A stretch of DNA of 64,000 nucleotides, taken from assembly GCA_023380305.1 (NCBI GenBank), contig JAMCQZ010000008.1:122659-186658 (forward strand), given 5' to 3'. Of this stretch, positions 27,548-37,424 are shown one piece after another (positions within the stretch are counted from its first letter, which is position 1; every line of letters begins with the position of its first letter). The DNA is from Patescibacteria group bacterium. GTDB lineage: Bacteria > Patescibacteriota > Minisyncoccia > UBA6257 > Colwellbacteraceae. The notes beneath the pieces are model-generated. The model saw nothing but the letters and a program-made list of their open reading frames with translations, had not been told where the DNA came from and did not search any database. Both the position numbers and the translations under genes were made by a program.

Positions 27548-28843
27548 ATGATTTCACGAATCAAATTGTCCAGACTAGCTGACAAGCGACTCGCGCGCCC
27601 CTCCTCCATCCCGTCTCCAACCGCAGGTCTGGAACAGGGCTTCACTCTCGTCGAACTCCTCCTTGTCATAGGGATCCTTGGAATCATGGGAGGAATCACG
27701 GTTCTCGTGTTGAGGCCAGCTGAGCTCTTGAAACAAGCCCGGGATTCGGAAAGGCTAGCCGATATGAAGACGTTGAGCCAGCTTTTCACCTCGTATACCA
27801 CCCAGGTGTCGGAGCTCTACGGAAACCCGCAGAACATCTACCTTTCTTTGCCCGACACAAATCCGGATTGCTCTTCCTACAGCCTCCCAGATATTCCTTC
27901 CGGCTACAGCTATCATTGCGTTTCCACAGCAAACCTGAAGAAGGTGGACGGAACAGGCTGGATACCGGTGAACTTCAATTCCATTCCTGGAGGTTCTCCT
28001 ATCGCGGTCTTGCCTGTTGATCCGGCAAACAACGTTTCCTATTACTACAGTTTTGTGGAGGGAGGGTCGTATTCGTTGACCTCGTTTTTAGAATCCCAGA
28101 AACGGGCCCAAGAGAAACCAGATACCGAAGCCACTGGTTCGCTCAGGCAAGACGGTTTTGTCTACGCGATCGGAACAGATCTCGATCTTACGCCCGATAT
28201 AATTTGGGGGAGGAGCTGTAAAACCATCAAAACCCAATATCCGCAGAGTCCCGACGGGCTTTATTGGATAGACGCCGATGCCGAAGGCATTGAGCCGGAA
28301 ATCAGGGTATATTGCGACATGACGACCGACGGCGGAGGATGGACCCTTATCCAATCAACCGTTAAGGGCCAGGCAGCTGACAGCCGTTGGGCCGATACGT
28401 TCCCTAACCAACTCTATCAGACGATCGGCGAACCGTCGCTCATCAGCCCATACCGATTGGCCATGCGTTACTGGTATCTCATACCGAACACCAGCTGGAG
28501 CAAAATGGCGATTACGACAGCTGAGCAAAAGAAGACCTTCAATAAATCTCCGACTTTTTCCCTGACCGGCGTCAATGCCGGCCCGACCGGCTTTACTTAT
28601 ATCGGATCTGATCCGGTTGTCGTCCTTAACTCGCTAAGTTCTTACAACTGGAACACCTGCACTTATGGCGTGGCTTATTTCAACACCAGTTGCTGCGGCA
28701 CCTGCATCCTCTACAACAATCCGACCACCTACAACGCCTACAATCAGCCGATGATGTCGACGATCACCGCCATTGACGGGTCGGTTATCCAGAAATGGAA
28801 TAATTTCGCGCCTCTCGACCGACTCAATATCTTCTCGAGATAG
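27548..28843 (+). CDS. Type IV pilin-like protein with C-terminal fibrinogen-like domain
   Basis: G|FTLVELL prepilin site; SCKTIK..DGLYWID..VYCDMTTDGGGWTLI. Confidence 0.85.
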   Translation: MISRIKLSRLADKRLARPSSIPSPTAGLEQGFTLVELLLVIGILGIMGGITVLVLRPAELLKQARDSERLADMKTLSQLFTSYTTQVSELYGNPQNIYLSLPDTNPDCSSYSLPDIPSGYSYHCVSTANLKKVDGTGWIPVNFNSIPGGSPIAVLPVDPANNVSYYYSFVEGGSYSLTSFLESQKRAQEKPDTEATGSLRQDGFVYAIGTDLDLTPDIIWGRSCKTIKTQYPQSPDGLYWIDADAEGIEPEIRVYCDMTTDGGGWTLIQSTVKGQAADSRWADTFPNQLYQTIGEPSLISPYRLAMRYWYLIPNTSWSKMAITTAEQKKTFNKSPTFSLTGVNAGPTGFTYIGSDPVVVLNSLSSYNWNTCTYGVAYFNTSCCGTCILYNNPTTYNAYNQPMMSTITAIDGSVIQKWNNFAPLDRLNIFSR

Positions 28844-28911
28844 ACTAGTCAAGACTGATCCGCCGGCCTTTACAGGCGTTTTCTTCTTTGTTATTCTGAA
28901 TCTGCTTAAAT

Positions 28912-29187
28912 ATGCCAATCATCAGATCAGCGAAAAAAGCATTAAGGCAATCCGAAAAAAGGCGAGTTGTGAATGCGGGTAAAAAAGAGACCCTTCTTAA
29001 GGCTATCAAGCAGTACCGGAGATTGATCGCCGCCGGCAAAACCGAAGAAGCCAAACAATATCTGCCATCGCTTTACAAAACCTTAGACAAGGCCGCAAAA
29101 GCAAACCTGGTGAAGCAGAACAAATCGAGCCGCTTGAAATCGCGCCTGGCTCAGCTGATCGCGAGATCGGTCAAAACCTCTTCGTAA
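28912..29187 (+). CDS. rpsT: 30S ribosomal protein S20
   Basis: MPIIRSAKKALRQ...LDKAAK..N..SRLKSRL. Confidence 0.95.
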   Translation: MPIIRSAKKALRQSEKRRVVNAGKKETLLKAIKQYRRLIAAGKTEEAKQYLPSLYKTLDKAAKANLVKQNKSSRLKSRLAQLIARSVKTSS

Positions 29188-29954
29188 TCCAGTTTTCCGG
29201 ATTTCACCGCCACGTCATAATCGGCTAACATGTTTAGCCATTTTTTTTGGTCTATCGGCGGCCGGCCGTAAGGCAGGCTGTTGAATATCCTTGCCGGGTC
29301 TTCTCTAAGCTGACTCAAGAGCGCTTCGAGCGCCCATAATTTGTGGTTTAAAGATCTACCCGATTTAAAGACGTTCAGGGCTTGGAAATACTCCGGGGCC
29401 TGGGAGCGCCTCCGGAGCGACAATCCTTCTCCGCTCAAAGACAATTTGTCGAGTTCGGTCGCAATGGACCAAGTGTCGACCCCGAAATTATCCTTGAGCA
29501 AGGATATCTGGTCGTCTTTCAGCTCCAAGCCGCGCTTCGCAGCTTCGTTTTTGATAAACTTCGTCAGGCCGGCCTCGCCAAGCTCTTCGAACTCCTGCGA
29601 CTTGATGTCGGTTTCGAACAAAAACTTGAAGTCCGCTCCGGGCTTGGAGTCAGCCGAAAGAATCACCGTGTCCCGGCTATTTTTATAGAGAGCGACCAAT
29701 TCTTTAAGCTCCTTGATCTTCTTTCCCGCCTTGAAATCAGCGCCGGAAAAATTTTTCAAAACAACAATCTTAAGGGGGTCGAAAAGGGATCGGTTTCTCA
29801 AAAATTCGACGGCGTCGTCGAAAGCCTGGAGATCGTCTTCAAGATCGGCTCTGAAAACCCCGAGATCGCCGTGCTTTTGCCGGTAAGCCGCGATGATTTC
29901 ATCCGTTTTCTGTTTGCGGCGATAAGAATCCGGCCCGTAGAAAAGCAAAACCAT
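29151..29954 (-). CDS. holA: DNA polymerase III delta subunit (short form)
   Basis: LFYGPDSY, SLF, ELDKL, D.AVKSG motifs; convergent with rpsT. Confidence 0.8.
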   Translation of the reverse strand: MVLLFYGPDSYRRKQKTDEIIAAYRQKHGDLGVFRADLEDDLQAFDDAVEFLRNRSLFDPLKIVVLKNFSGADFKAGKKIKELKELVALYKNSRDTVILSADSKPGADFKFLFETDIKSQEFEELGEAGLTKFIKNEAAKRGLELKDDQISLLKDNFGVDTWSIATELDKLSLSGEGLSLRRRSQAPEYFQALNVFKSGRSLNHKLWALEALLSQLREDPARIFNSLPYGRPPIDQKKWLNMLADYDVAVKSGKLDYEEVLTDLAIS

Positions 29955-29985
29955 GGCCTTATGATAACCCGAAACCCGCGAAGAT

Positions 29986-30855
29986 TCACAATCTCTGGCA
30001 GGCAGGACAGAAATAAGCTGATCGGCCTCCGATCTTCATCCTCTTGACCTTGCCGGCGCAGGGCCCCGGACAAGGCTGATTCTCGCGGCGGTAAACCAGG
30101 CGCTTCGGGCCGTAAGCGCCTTCGGCACCGGCTGTGTCGCGAAAATCCGAAACCGAGACGCCCCGAAGGATAATGGCCTCTTGGAGTATTCTTTTCATCG
30201 AATCATAAAGTTTTTTCCGCCTTTCGTTATCCAGAGAATCGGCCGAAGACAAAGGATGGATCTTGGCGTCGAAAAGGATTTCGTCCGAATAAATATTGCC
30301 GATGCCGGCGATCGAGCCCTGATCCATCAGCAATTTTTTGATCGGCTTTCGAGAGTCTCTTAGGAGATTCTTAAAATTCTCGAAGTCAATTTCGGTTGCC
30401 TCCGGCCCCAACCGATCAAGCTTGGCCGCGGCCGTGATTTCCTCGGCGTCGCCGAACATAATCTTCGCGAATTTACGAAGATCGGATAAGGCAAGCATCT
30501 GGCCGTTATCAAGAGAAAAAACAACGTGGATGTAGCTGTTCACCTTCTCCATAAGCGGACCGGCCGCTTTCACCGGCTTGGCCCCCTTCGAAGAAAGAAT
30601 CCACTGGCCGAGAAGATAATGACCGGTCATTTTAAGATGGGTCAGAAGCAGTTTTCCGGAGTCGAAGTGGATCAAAATATTTTTCGCCCGGCGATCGACG
30701 CCGACAATCTTCCGGCCGACGATCTCCTTCTTGAACTGCGAAAACGGCTCGCGAATCAAATTCGGCGCGTCCGTCCAGACATCGACGATCGTCCGGCCTT
30801 TGATTTTCTTATCAAGGTCATCGACGATCGTTTGAACTTCCGGAAGTTCTGGCAT
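29986..30855 (-). CDS. mutM: Formamidopyrimidine-DNA glycosylase
   Basis: MPELPEV, HLKMTG, GIGNIYSDE and C-terminal zinc finger. Confidence 0.96.
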   Translation of the reverse strand: MPELPEVQTIVDDLDKKIKGRTIVDVWTDAPNLIREPFSQFKKEIVGRKIVGVDRRAKNILIHFDSGKLLLTHLKMTGHYLLGQWILSSKGAKPVKAAGPLMEKVNSYIHVVFSLDNGQMLALSDLRKFAKIMFGDAEEITAAAKLDRLGPEATEIDFENFKNLLRDSRKPIKKLLMDQGSIAGIGNIYSDEILFDAKIHPLSSADSLDNERRKKLYDSMKRILQEAIILRGVSVSDFRDTAGAEGAYGPKRLVYRRENQPCPGPCAGKVKRMKIGGRSAYFCPACQRL

Positions 30856-30867
30856 CGACGATAAGGA

Positions 30868-32202
30868 TTACGTCTCGCCGTAGATTATTTCCTTCGGCGG
30901 GATCAGTCTCGGATCGGTCGGCAGAAAAACGTAAAAAGTCGTTCCCCGGTTCAAAACCGACTCCGCCTGGATGCCGCCGCCGTGACGAAGGATAATATTC
31001 TTGGCGATATAGAGGCCAAGCCCCGTGCCGTCGGTCTCGTCGCGCACCACGTTCTCTCCGCGATAAAACTTGCTGAACAATTTGGGCATGTCTTCCTCCG
31101 GTATGCCGACGCCTGTGTCTTGAACGCTTATTCTCACATACGGCCGATCGGTCATCTTTTCGATCTTCACGGTAACGCTGCCGTTTTTGACGTTATACTT
31201 GATGGCGTTGTCGAGCAGATTTGAAAAAGCCATGCCGAGTCTTTTCGGATCCATCCTGATAACAACCGGGAGATTGTCGGCCGGCCGATCGAAATAAAGA
31301 CTGACTCCGTATTCTTTGGCGATCGCCTGGACTCCCGAAAGAGCCTCTTCGAGAAAGGCGACGATATCCATATCCTGGAACTCGTAACCGAAACGCCCTT
31401 CTTCAATCTTCGAAGTGTTTAAAAGATCCTCGATGATTTTCATGAGCTTTCCGGAGGCGGAAAGACCCGTCGCCGTCAACTCTTTGATGTTCGGATCAAG
31501 GTTCGGAACAATGTTGATATTCTCGAGGGCCCAGCGCACGGCCGTAAGGGGTGTCCGGAGCTGGTGGGCGGCCACGGTGATAAATTCCGATTTTGACCGC
31601 AGGAGTTCGATCTCCCGGGTCCGGTCGTGGACCACCTTGACGAATCCGAGCACCTCTCCTTTGTCCGTCGTTATTCGATCGGTTGAAACCCGAATCTCGA
31701 TGTCCGGCTCGACGAAGGAGATATCGACGACCTGGGGGTATACCCCGGGCTCGCTCCTTTTGACAACTGTCGGCGCAAGCGAAGGAAAAACCACTTGAGC
31801 GAGCAGTTTTAGCTCCGGATTAGCTCCCCATTCGGGAGAAATCTTCTTGCCGATGACCTTGTCTTTCTGGATGTTAAAAATCTGTTCGGCGGCGGCGTTC
31901 ATCTCGGTGATCTCGAGATTGTTGTCGTAACTTATGATGCCGTCGCTTAGATTGGAGACGATGCTCTGGAGCCTCCTGTAATTAAAAACAGCCTGGCGGC
32001 TTTCTCTCATCGCCCGGTAGCCCGCCCGAAAGACAAAAACGCCGGTAACGACAACAGCGGCAAGATCCAACCATAGCCAAATGCCAGTCAGGTAGCTGAT
32101 CGCGATAACGAGATTGAGAATCCCGGCGGCGAGAAAAAACCAAAAGCCCGTCATCTGCGGGGATCGCCACCATCCTTTAATTTGCGAAAAGATTTTGTCC
32201 AA
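30868..32202 (-). CDS. PAS-domain sensor histidine kinase
   Basis: Two TM segments, PAS, HQLRTP, NLLDNAIKY, DTGVG, GTGLGL. Confidence 0.93.
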   Translation of the reverse strand: MDKIFSQIKGWWRSPQMTGFWFFLAAGILNLVIAISYLTGIWLWLDLAAVVVTGVFVFRAGYRAMRESRQAVFNYRRLQSIVSNLSDGIISYDNNLEITEMNAAAEQIFNIQKDKVIGKKISPEWGANPELKLLAQVVFPSLAPTVVKRSEPGVYPQVVDISFVEPDIEIRVSTDRITTDKGEVLGFVKVVHDRTREIELLRSKSEFITVAAHQLRTPLTAVRWALENINIVPNLDPNIKELTATGLSASGKLMKIIEDLLNTSKIEEGRFGYEFQDMDIVAFLEEALSGVQAIAKEYGVSLYFDRPADNLPVVIRMDPKRLGMAFSNLLDNAIKYNVKNGSVTVKIEKMTDRPYVRISVQDTGVGIPEEDMPKLFSKFYRGENVVRDETDGTGLGLYIAKNIILRHGGGIQAESVLNRGTTFYVFLPTDPRLIPPKEIIYGET

Positions 32203-32209
32203 ATCTTTA

Positions 32210-33088
32210 TTATTCTACCACTTCAAGCCTTGACGCCAAAGAATGGAATCCGAGCTCGGTGAAATAATCCATCAAATCTTTTTTGGAGACGATGCCAAAT
32301 TTCAAAGTGGACAGATCGACTTCGGGTAGGGGAACGTCTCTTCTCACGGTCGCCAGTTTTTTCGAGAGCATGGCCATCTCTTTGCCGGCGATCAGCTTCT
32401 TGTAGCCGCTGTTGATCGGGGCGGGCGAAAGGCCATAAAAATCCTCGATCGATCCGAACTCCCTGATGATTTCTCCGGCTGTTTTCGGCCCGATACCCAA
32501 CACCCCGGGGATATTATCAGACTTGTCTCCGACCAAAGCTTTGTAATCCGGAATCTGATCCGGCCGCACGCCATATTTTTCGATGACGGCCTTCTCGTCG
32601 TAGACAGTAAAGCTGCTCACGCCTTTTTGAGGAATCCAGGCGCTCACTTTCGGATCCTCAACGAGCTGCAGGGTATCGTGGTCTCCGGAAAGAATAACGA
32701 TACGGAGATCGTCCCGGGATTTGTACTTCTCAACAAGCGTAGCGATCAGATCGTCGGCTTCGAATCCCGGCATCTCGTAAGTCATGATGTTGAAATGCTC
32801 CATCATGTGTTTCGATTCCTTGAGTTGGGCGATCAAATCCGACGGCGCAGCCGGCCGGGTGATCTTATAATTTTCAAATTCCTGCTCCCGGAAAGTCGGT
32901 TCGGGCCGATCATAAGCGGCGAAGACGTACTCCGGGTGGATCTCTTTCAATATTTTTAAAAGAGCATTCGCCAAACCATAAAGGGCGCCGGTCGGCCGGC
33001 CATCGGGGGCAGTAAACGGCGGCAAAGCGAAAAAACTTCGATAAATTAGGGAATTCGCGTCTATCAGAAGAAGTATTTTATCCGGCAT
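32210..33088 (-). CDS. Stand-alone 5'-3' exonuclease (PolA N-terminal/flap endonuclease)
   Basis: LIDANS..YR, EADD, SGDHD, GDKSDNIPGV.GIGPKTA; no polymerase domain. Confidence 0.92.
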   Translation of the reverse strand: MPDKILLLIDANSLIYRSFFALPPFTAPDGRPTGALYGLANALLKILKEIHPEYVFAAYDRPEPTFREQEFENYKITRPAAPSDLIAQLKESKHMMEHFNIMTYEMPGFEADDLIATLVEKYKSRDDLRIVILSGDHDTLQLVEDPKVSAWIPQKGVSSFTVYDEKAVIEKYGVRPDQIPDYKALVGDKSDNIPGVLGIGPKTAGEIIREFGSIEDFYGLSPAPINSGYKKLIAGKEMAMLSKKLATVRRDVPLPEVDLSTLKFGIVSKKDLMDYFTELGFHSLASRLEVVE

Positions 33089-33092
33089 GGTT

Positions 33093-33545
33093 TTAAAACT
33101 TGATTATCCGTTCATTCTCTTTTTCGCCGCAGGCGAAGGAAATCATCTTGGCATCTTTGAACAGGCTCGTCCGGACCCGCTCCGGCCATTCGATCATCAC
33201 GAGCGCCCGGCTGGATTTCAAGACGTCTCCGAATCCAAGCTCCTTCAAGTCGCCGAAGCTCCGCAAGCGATAGGCGTCGACGTGATAGACGTCTTTGACG
33301 CCGAGCTTGGCCCGCGAAAGCCGATAGTGTTTCATCAAGACAAAAGTCGGGCTGGTGGCTCGCCTCACTCCGAAATAACGAAGCGCTCCCTGGATAAAAG
33401 TCGTCTTGCCCGAACCGAGATCGCCGGAAAGGAGTAAAACCAACGCTCCGGTTTTGGGCTTCCTCTTGCGTAAAACATCCTCGATGAATTCCTCGGCCAG
33501 GGCCCGGGTTTCTTTAAAAGACTCTGTCTTGACCTTCGTCATCAA
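33093..33545 (-). CDS. tsaE: t6A biosynthesis ATPase TsaE
   Basis: GDLGSGKTT, SPTF, HVDAYRL and IEWPE motifs. Confidence 0.93.
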   Translation of the reverse strand: MMTKVKTESFKETRALAEEFIEDVLRKRKPKTGALVLLLSGDLGSGKTTFIQGALRYFGVRRATSPTFVLMKHYRLSRAKLGVKDVYHVDAYRLRSFGDLKELGFGDVLKSSRALVMIEWPERVRTSLFKDAKMISFACGEKENERIIKF

Positions 33546-34528
33546 GGCTTGGCTAGATGCTCTTTGGCCGCTTCGGTGATCACTCGACCGGACGAAGTCC
33601 TTTTTAAAAATCCGATTTTCATAAGATACGGCTCGTAAACCTCCTCGATCACGCCGCGTTCTTCCCCCAAGGCCGCCGAGAGAGTGTTGAGGCCGACCGG
33701 GCCGCCGCCAAATTGGTTGGCGATAAGCCCCAAAAACTTCCTGTCGATGTATTCAAGGCCAAATTCGTCTATATCAAGCAGCTGGAGCGCCTTATCGACG
33801 GTTTCTTCCTTGATTACCGACACCTGGTTCATCTCGGCGAAGTCCCGACTTCTCTTTAAAAGCCTGTTCGCGATTCTCGGAGTGAAGCGGCTCGCGGCGG
33901 CCAGGCTTGCCACGGCCGGGTCTTCGATCGCGATATTTAAAATCTTGGCCGATCTTTTTAAAATGGATTCGATATCTTTCAAAAAATAATAATCCAGCCG
34001 AAACGAAGCTCCGAAACGCGATCTCAAAGGGTTTGAAAGCAGGTTCGCCCGCGTCGTCGCCGCGATCAAAGTAAAGGGGGGCAAGTCTAAGGAGATGGTC
34101 CTGGCAGCCGGACCCTTACCCAAAATAATGTTTAGTTTCCGGCTTTCCATCGCCGGATAAAGAATTTCTTCAATCATTTTATTGAGACGGTGGGCTTCGT
34201 CTATAAAAAGGACGTCGTGCGGTTCGAGGTTGGTTAAAACCGCAGCCAAATCTCCGGCTTTCTCGAGCGCCGGCCCGGAAGTCTCTCTAATTTCGACGTC
34301 GAGCTCGTTCGCCACCAAATGGGCGAGCGTGGTTTTTCCAAGTCCGGCCGGGCCGTAGAATAAAAGATGGTCCGGCGCCTCGTTTCTCTGCTTGGCCGCC
34401 CCCAAAATGACAGCCAGCGCTCTTTTGATCGTCTCCTGGCCGACGTAATCCTCGAAAACTCGCGGTCTCAATAAGAGATCAACGTTCGAATCATCGATTT
34501 TCGGCGGCTGAATAGGGGTTTTTTTCAT
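33542..34528 (-). CDS. ruvB: Holliday junction helicase RuvB
   Basis: LRP...YVGQ, GPAGLGKTT, FIDEAHR and GGPVG motifs. Confidence 0.97.
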   Translation of the reverse strand: MKKTPIQPPKIDDSNVDLLLRPRVFEDYVGQETIKRALAVILGAAKQRNEAPDHLLFYGPAGLGKTTLAHLVANELDVEIRETSGPALEKAGDLAAVLTNLEPHDVLFIDEAHRLNKMIEEILYPAMESRKLNIILGKGPAARTISLDLPPFTLIAATTRANLLSNPLRSRFGASFRLDYYFLKDIESILKRSAKILNIAIEDPAVASLAAASRFTPRIANRLLKRSRDFAEMNQVSVIKEETVDKALQLLDIDEFGLEYIDRKFLGLIANQFGGGPVGLNTLSAALGEERGVIEEVYEPYLMKIGFLKRTSSGRVITEAAKEHLAKP

Positions 34529-34531
34529 CTC

Positions 34532-34560
34532 TTGACAAATATCCTGCGATATGCTATCTT
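34532..34560 (+). promoter_or_regulatory. Sigma70 promoter of the candidate ncRNA
   Basis: TTGACA-17 nt-TATCTT with extended -10 TG. Confidence 0.65.
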
Positions 34561-34565
34561 GAGTT

Positions 34566-34722
34566 AAATCCGCAATGGATCTTCGGTATGGGAATTGTTT
34601 TTAGTCATCGGCCTATCTGGCTCCGGCTGGGTTACGCCTCGAGACAATTCTAAATCTTTCTTTTGATTCTTAAAAGAAAGATCATTCTTTTTTAAGCTTA
34701 CCGAAATTCCTTCGCGGATTTT
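34566..34722 (+). ncRNA. 6S RNA-like long hairpin RNA
   Basis: Nested pairings AAATCCGC/GCGGATTT, TTCGGTA/TACCGAA and GAATTGTTT/AGACAATTC around a central bulge; own promoter; T-tract at end. Confidence 0.6.
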
Positions 34723-34729
34723 TTGTTTT

Positions 34730-36049
34730 CTAAACTATTTTCCAAGCTATCGGGCCTGTCTGGCGCTCTACTTCCTCAAATGAGGTAACGCCTCTCAACA
34801 CCTTAATCAAACCGTCCGCCTGCGCGCCGACAAACCCCTTTTTGACAGCGGCTTTTTCAATATCGAACTCCGTCATATTCTCGGCGATGATGGAGGCGAA
34901 TTCTTTATCGAATCTCAATATTTCAAAAATGCCGATTCTCCCCTTATAACCCGTGTTGTTGCAGACGGGGCAGCCGACCGCTTTGTATAGACGAACCTCT
35001 TCTGCTTTCGGTTTGTCCACGATTCCGGGAAGGGCATCAAGAAAACTTTTTATCTTCTCTTTTGTCTCCTCGGACGGATCAACCGATTCCCGGCATTCTT
35101 CACAAAGTTTTCTCACCAGCCTTTGGGCGATGACCACGTTCAAGGCCGGTCCGATAACCGAGGGTTTGATGCCCAAATCAAGAAGCCTCGGCACGGCGCC
35201 GACGGCATTATTGGTGTGCAAGGTGGAAAAAACCAGGTGGCCGGTAAGGCTGCTGTGAAGCGCGATCTCCGCTGTTTGCTCGTCGCGGATTTCACCGACC
35301 AGGATAACGTCCGGGTCCTGCCTCAAGATCGATCTCAAGCCGTTTTCAAAAGTGTATCCGGCGCTTTCGTCAACCTGGGTCTGTTCAATGCCCGGGAGGT
35401 GATATTCAATCGGATCCTCGATGGTAATAATCTTGATATCCGGACTGGAAACAGACTTCAAAAAAGCATAAAGCGTAGTGGTTTTGCCCGATCCGGTCGG
35501 CCCGGTAACCAAGATCATGCCGTTCGGACGCTTCAGCTCCTCGGCCATCACAGCTTCATCATCTTTGCGCAGGCCAAGGTCGCCGATGTTTAAAGAGATG
35601 GCCGCCGGGTTCAGCAATCTTAAAACTGCGGTCTCGCCGAACTCCGAAGGGTTGACTGAAACTCTGATTTCGACGTCAATCGCTCCGGCGGGCTCCAAAA
35701 CGCGCGCCGTAAAGCGACCATCCTGGGCCACGTCGCGGACATTCAGTTTTAAATTCCCCAAAAGCTTGATCCGGTTTAAAATCAAAGCGTAAGAATCCCT
35801 GCCGATTTCGGCGATATCATTCAAAACGCCGTCGATGCGCGCCCGCAAGCGCGTTTTTCCTTCTTCGATCTCCAAATGAATGTCTGAAGCGTCGAGGCCG
35901 AGACTCGAAGCGACGATCGTCTCCAAAAATTCAGAGGCGCTTGCTTTTTTGTCGTTTAAATCTTGAATTTTCTTCCCAAAATCGGCTATGGTTGTAGGAA
36001 GAAACGCCGAGATTTCTATCCCATCTCGGAAATCTGCATTCTCAGCCAT
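34730..36049 (-). CDS. GspE/PilB-family pilus assembly ATPase
   Basis: ASDIH, QDGRF, GPTGSGKTTT, LRQDPD, TGHLVFSTLH and CxxC..CxxC. Confidence 0.93.
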   Translation of the reverse strand: MAENADFRDGIEISAFLPTTIADFGKKIQDLNDKKASASEFLETIVASSLGLDASDIHLEIEEGKTRLRARIDGVLNDIAEIGRDSYALILNRIKLLGNLKLNVRDVAQDGRFTARVLEPAGAIDVEIRVSVNPSEFGETAVLRLLNPAAISLNIGDLGLRKDDEAVMAEELKRPNGMILVTGPTGSGKTTTLYAFLKSVSSPDIKIITIEDPIEYHLPGIEQTQVDESAGYTFENGLRSILRQDPDVILVGEIRDEQTAEIALHSSLTGHLVFSTLHTNNAVGAVPRLLDLGIKPSVIGPALNVVIAQRLVRKLCEECRESVDPSEETKEKIKSFLDALPGIVDKPKAEEVRLYKAVGCPVCNNTGYKGRIGIFEILRFDKEFASIIAENMTEFDIEKAAVKKGFVGAQADGLIKVLRGVTSFEEVERQTGPIAWKIV

Positions 36050-36068
36050 TGAAAACATCATAAATTAT

Positions 36069-36593
36069 ATGTCTGGACACAGCAAATGGTCTCAAATCAA
36101 ACACAAGAAGGAAGTCACCGATAAAAAACGGGCGAAATTCTTCACCAAACTCCTCGGCAATATCCAGGTCGCGGCCAAAGACGACCCGAATCCAGAATTC
36201 AATCCGCGACTGCGCGACGCCGTGCTTAAAGCCAAGGAAGCCAACATACCCCAAGAAAACATTGACCGGGCCATCAAGCGCGCCAAAGAGGAGCCGAGCG
36301 AGGAAATCCTCGTCGAAATGTACGGGCCCGAAGGGTCGGCTTTCATGGTCGCCGGCGTTACCGCAAATACCAACCGGACCATGGCCGACATTAAGGCCGT
36401 AGCCAAAGATTTCGACGCCAAAATCGGCTTGCCCGGATCGGCCAAATGGGCCTTCAACCAATCCGACGGGGAGTTTGTCCCGAATTTCACGCAGGCGGTT
36501 TCGGAAGAAAACCGAGAAAAAATTTCAAACCTGATCGACGCCCTGGAGGACATCGACGAGGTAACCGCGATTTACACGAACGCCGTTTTATGA
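36069..36593 (+). CDS. YebC/PmpR family protein (short form)
   Basis: MSGHSKWSQIKHKK, NPRLR, YGPEG and TNRT motifs. Confidence 0.92.
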   Translation: MSGHSKWSQIKHKKEVTDKKRAKFFTKLLGNIQVAAKDDPNPEFNPRLRDAVLKAKEANIPQENIDRAIKRAKEEPSEEILVEMYGPEGSAFMVAGVTANTNRTMADIKAVAKDFDAKIGLPGSAKWAFNQSDGEFVPNFTQAVSEENREKISNLIDALEDIDEVTAIYTNAVL

Positions 36594-37078
36594 AAAATCT
36601 GACGATTTTGGGGATCGATCCCGGAAGCCACCGTATCGGTTTCGGCCTTGTCGAAAAAAGCGGCCGGGACCTTTGTTCGAAAAATTACGGGACCATCGAA
36701 TTCCGACCCGGCCAAACCGCGGACCGGCTGGCCCTTCTGGAAAAAGAAATTGAAAAACTCGTTAAAAAAAACAAGCCTTCGGCCATCGCCATTGAAAAAC
36801 TCTATTTTTCCAAAAACCGGAAGACCGCCCTCTCGGTGGCCGAATCGCGCGGCGTCATTATGCTCGCTGCGAGAAAATCGGGCGCGCCCGTCTTAGAATA
36901 CGATCCGACGACAGTCAAACAGCGCATCACCGGCTACGGCATGAGCGACAAAAAGGCCGTCTTAAAAATGGTTAAAATTTTCCTCAGACTCAAGGACTTC
37001 GCGGGGCTCGACGACGCTTCGGATGCCCTGGCGATCGCCATCGTCGCCTGCCTCGATAACCCGGGAATTAACTCTTGA
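36590..37078 (+). CDS. ruvC: Holliday junction resolvase RuvC
   Basis: ILGIDPG, AIEKLYF, ESRGV and DDASDALAIA motifs. Confidence 0.95.
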   Translation: MKNLTILGIDPGSHRIGFGLVEKSGRDLCSKNYGTIEFRPGQTADRLALLEKEIEKLVKKNKPSAIAIEKLYFSKNRKTALSVAESRGVIMLAARKSGAPVLEYDPTTVKQRITGYGMSDKKAVLKMVKIFLRLKDFAGLDDASDALAIAIVACLDNPGINS

Positions 37079-37157
37079 CGGCGAAGAAAAAACAATTATA
37101 CTTTTTCAAGTTATCAAAAAATAAACCAAAAGATTCGAAAGGTCGAAACTTTTCACG

Positions 37158-37334
37158 ATGATGACGGATTATTATAACAAAGGATATCTTCTGATGGATA
37201 ACTTCGAAGAGGGGGAAGAGGAGTCTAATGATTCCGACACCGATTTCCTCGGAGGGGTGGGTGATCTTGAAGACGAAGACGAGGAAGAGGACGAAGACGA
37301 GGAAATGGGCGACGAAGACGGCGACGAGTGGTAA
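37158..37334 (+). CDS. Very acidic microprotein (58 aa; alternative start 37194)
   Basis: Not in ORF track; 28 of 58 residues are D/E; TTGACG/TATACT promoter at 37075-37102; hairpin at 37372-37406. Confidence 0.55.
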   Translation: MMTDYYNKGYLLMDNFEEGEEESNDSDTDFLGGVGDLEDEDEEEDEDEEMGDEDGDEW

Positions 37335-37424
37335 AAGAAGATAATCTGATAGAGTAATCTATATCTATAATAATCCGCCTTGGTTATAATAAAACCAAGG
37401 CGGATTTGATTAAAACACGGCTCC

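Noticed and set aside
32210-33088. polA pseudogene
   Set aside because: The exonuclease domain is intact with its acidic catalytic motifs and a clean stop, consistent with a stand-alone enzyme.
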